A stretch of 64,000 nt of DNA from Camelus ferus (Eukaryota), in NCBI RefSeq assembly GCF_009834535.1, contig NC_045697.1, forward strand, positions 86,058,001 to 86,122,000, written 5' to 3'. Below the pieces are notes generated by a model. That model made no database searches and was not told the DNA's origin. It was given only the letters and a program-made list of their open reading frames with translations. The translations under genes were made by a program, and so were the position numbers. Each line of letters starts with the position of its first letter. Within the stretch, counting starts at the first letter, position 1. Of this stretch, positions 61,745-64,000 are shown one piece after another.

Positions 61745-63511
61745 TTAATTTCCTGTCATTGATTAGTTTTAGTAATGACACATTATTTAATGAAAGTGAC
61801 TGCTTGAAAATCTATTTCTAAGGACCTATAATTCCATTATTTAACACACACAAACCTAAAAGGATTGATGCATTAAAAATATTTATTTTAGGGGATTTTA
61901 AGGCAAGTTTCAAAATATAAGTCATTTGGCTAATAATCCTCTTAACAATTGGTTACAAGCTATTAATTCAGACAATCAACTCCTGGCCAGTTTTGAACTG
62001 CTATTGGTATATATAAAATCACAACAATCTGACCATTTTGATATAATGTTGACAGACTGTTCACAACAGTTTTATTTGAATGAAAATATCCCATCTATAT
62101 GTTGACCATTCTTAGGGTTTGGCTTAAAAGAAAATATTTCTAGAGTCAAAGATCTGGGCAAATTATTTCACTTTTGAGTTTCACATATGTATAGTGGGAA
62201 TAATTCAATCCTTTATCCAAAACCCTTGATGCAAGATGTGTTTCAAAATTTTTCATATTTTAGAAAGATAATAAAAAGAATATACCATAATATACCATAT
62301 ATATGGCATAATACTTGTGGAAAGTGAGTGGCAGCATCTGATAACATTTCTGCAATAAAATATATGAATATTCATGCTAAGTGGAATTAAAAAACTATAA
62401 ATAACTTCGTATCAGTTTAAGTGAGATTTTGTTATTAAATTAATTCAGATCAAGTCAGATTTATTGCCAAATGATTTATGAAAAAAGTTTTTAATTTCAA
62501 AGCTTCCTGGGCTTTGGAATTAGTGACAAGAGATGGAGATTCTCTACCACCCATTTTCTAAACTGCTGTGAGGATAAAAGATCATGTGCTTGCCATACAG
62601 TAAATATTAAGATAGTAGATATTATTGTTATAGTTTATGAGCAAGTCTCTGAGTATAAAATATATTCATTAGGTAGGCTTAAGGATCAATATGGACTGAT
62701 GATACCAACTGACTTTCTAGAAGACTTGGCGTAGTGCAAAAAGCATGCATTTTGGGGCAAGCAGGTTTCAGTGAAGGCCCTGCCACTAACTACCTATGTG
62801 ACAACAAATTCTTTAGTCTCAGATTTCAGTTAAAAAATGTGAAAAACAGAGATAACACCATCTACTTGCAGAGCTGTTATTAGGTTTAAATATCTCACCT
62901 GATTAAAAAGATGTTATAAATAAATGGGTATGCTATACACAATAGGTCTCATGTAAAGATTTCAAAAAAATCTTTTTCTTAAGCTGCTCCTTCCTCCCTC
63001 CTTCTCTGCCTCCCCTGTCTCCCTCTTGCTTTTTCAGTACAGTTTGTGAAACTCCCATCTTATCACCACCAAAGCAAAATGTTTTGAACTGTAAATTGAC
63101 ATTGCATGTGTACAGCCCTTATTAAATTTCACCTAAAAAATGTTAAATGCTGCATTTTGTTATTCAAAACAGCAACAATACCTCAAAATTATTTGTGTGA
63201 AATATAGCCTAAATTGTAATACTTCATAAGTTATATTCATTTCACACCAGGTTTCTTCATATATATATATATAGATTAATTCATTGCATTACACTTATTC
63301 CATTTCTTAACATTTACTTGCTTTTTACCAAGTAAAAACATTAAACATCAAAATTAACTCAACAAAATGAATATATTGTGCAAAAAATTGGTTACTGGTT
63401 CATGATGCTGTAATCTTTGCCTGTTTCCTCCTGCCCAGCTTCTCTCACGTGACCCTGAATAAATAGCCAGTAGAAAAGAAATATAACAAGGTATTCTAGA
63501 ATAGTCCACTA

Positions 63512-63673
<162 letters not shown>

Positions 63674-63759
63674 TCAATCCAGTATAAAGTGGATTTAAAG
63701 TGGTAAAACTTTAAAATCTTTACAATTTTAGAAATCCCATCACAACAAAATAATGATCA

Positions 63760-63912
<153 letters not shown>

Positions 63913-64000
63913 TTAGATAAGTCACTATGATTAGAAACATTCTTATTGTAACAAAAACAACAAAACAAAACAAAACAAGCAAACAAAAAAAAACCCATAA

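Overview
Mammalian genomic DNA, most likely camelid: it carries several short tRNA-derived SINEs of the camelid Vic-1 type and cetartiodactyl-like L1s. The window is syntenic with the human SMIM43(TMEM155)-EXOSC9-CCNA2-BBS7 locus. It contains the complete SMIM43 microprotein CDS (-), complete EXOSC9 (+, 12 coding exons, 440 aa), complete CCNA2 (-, 8 exons, 431 aa) with its CRE/CCAAT/CDE/CHR promoter, and the last two coding exons of BBS7 (-). The ~38 kb between SMIM43 and EXOSC9 is repeat-rich. The most notable structures are: (1) a ~3 kb element bounded by a target-site duplication (TSD), made of an L1 5'UTR and ORF1 with no sense ORF2 and a mosaic 3' region, a candidate half-L1 (HAL1-like) non-autonomous retrotransposon; (2) a young 5'-truncated L1 with a ~100-bp 3' transduction inside a perfect 15-bp TSD; (3) a solo LTR with five CCAAT boxes and an octamer, pointing toward SMIM43; (4) a U12-type intron in EXOSC9; (5) a broken counterpart of the old human TMEM155 ORF in SMIM43 downstream exons. 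Repeat family names and human protein comparisons are from memory and were not checked by search.
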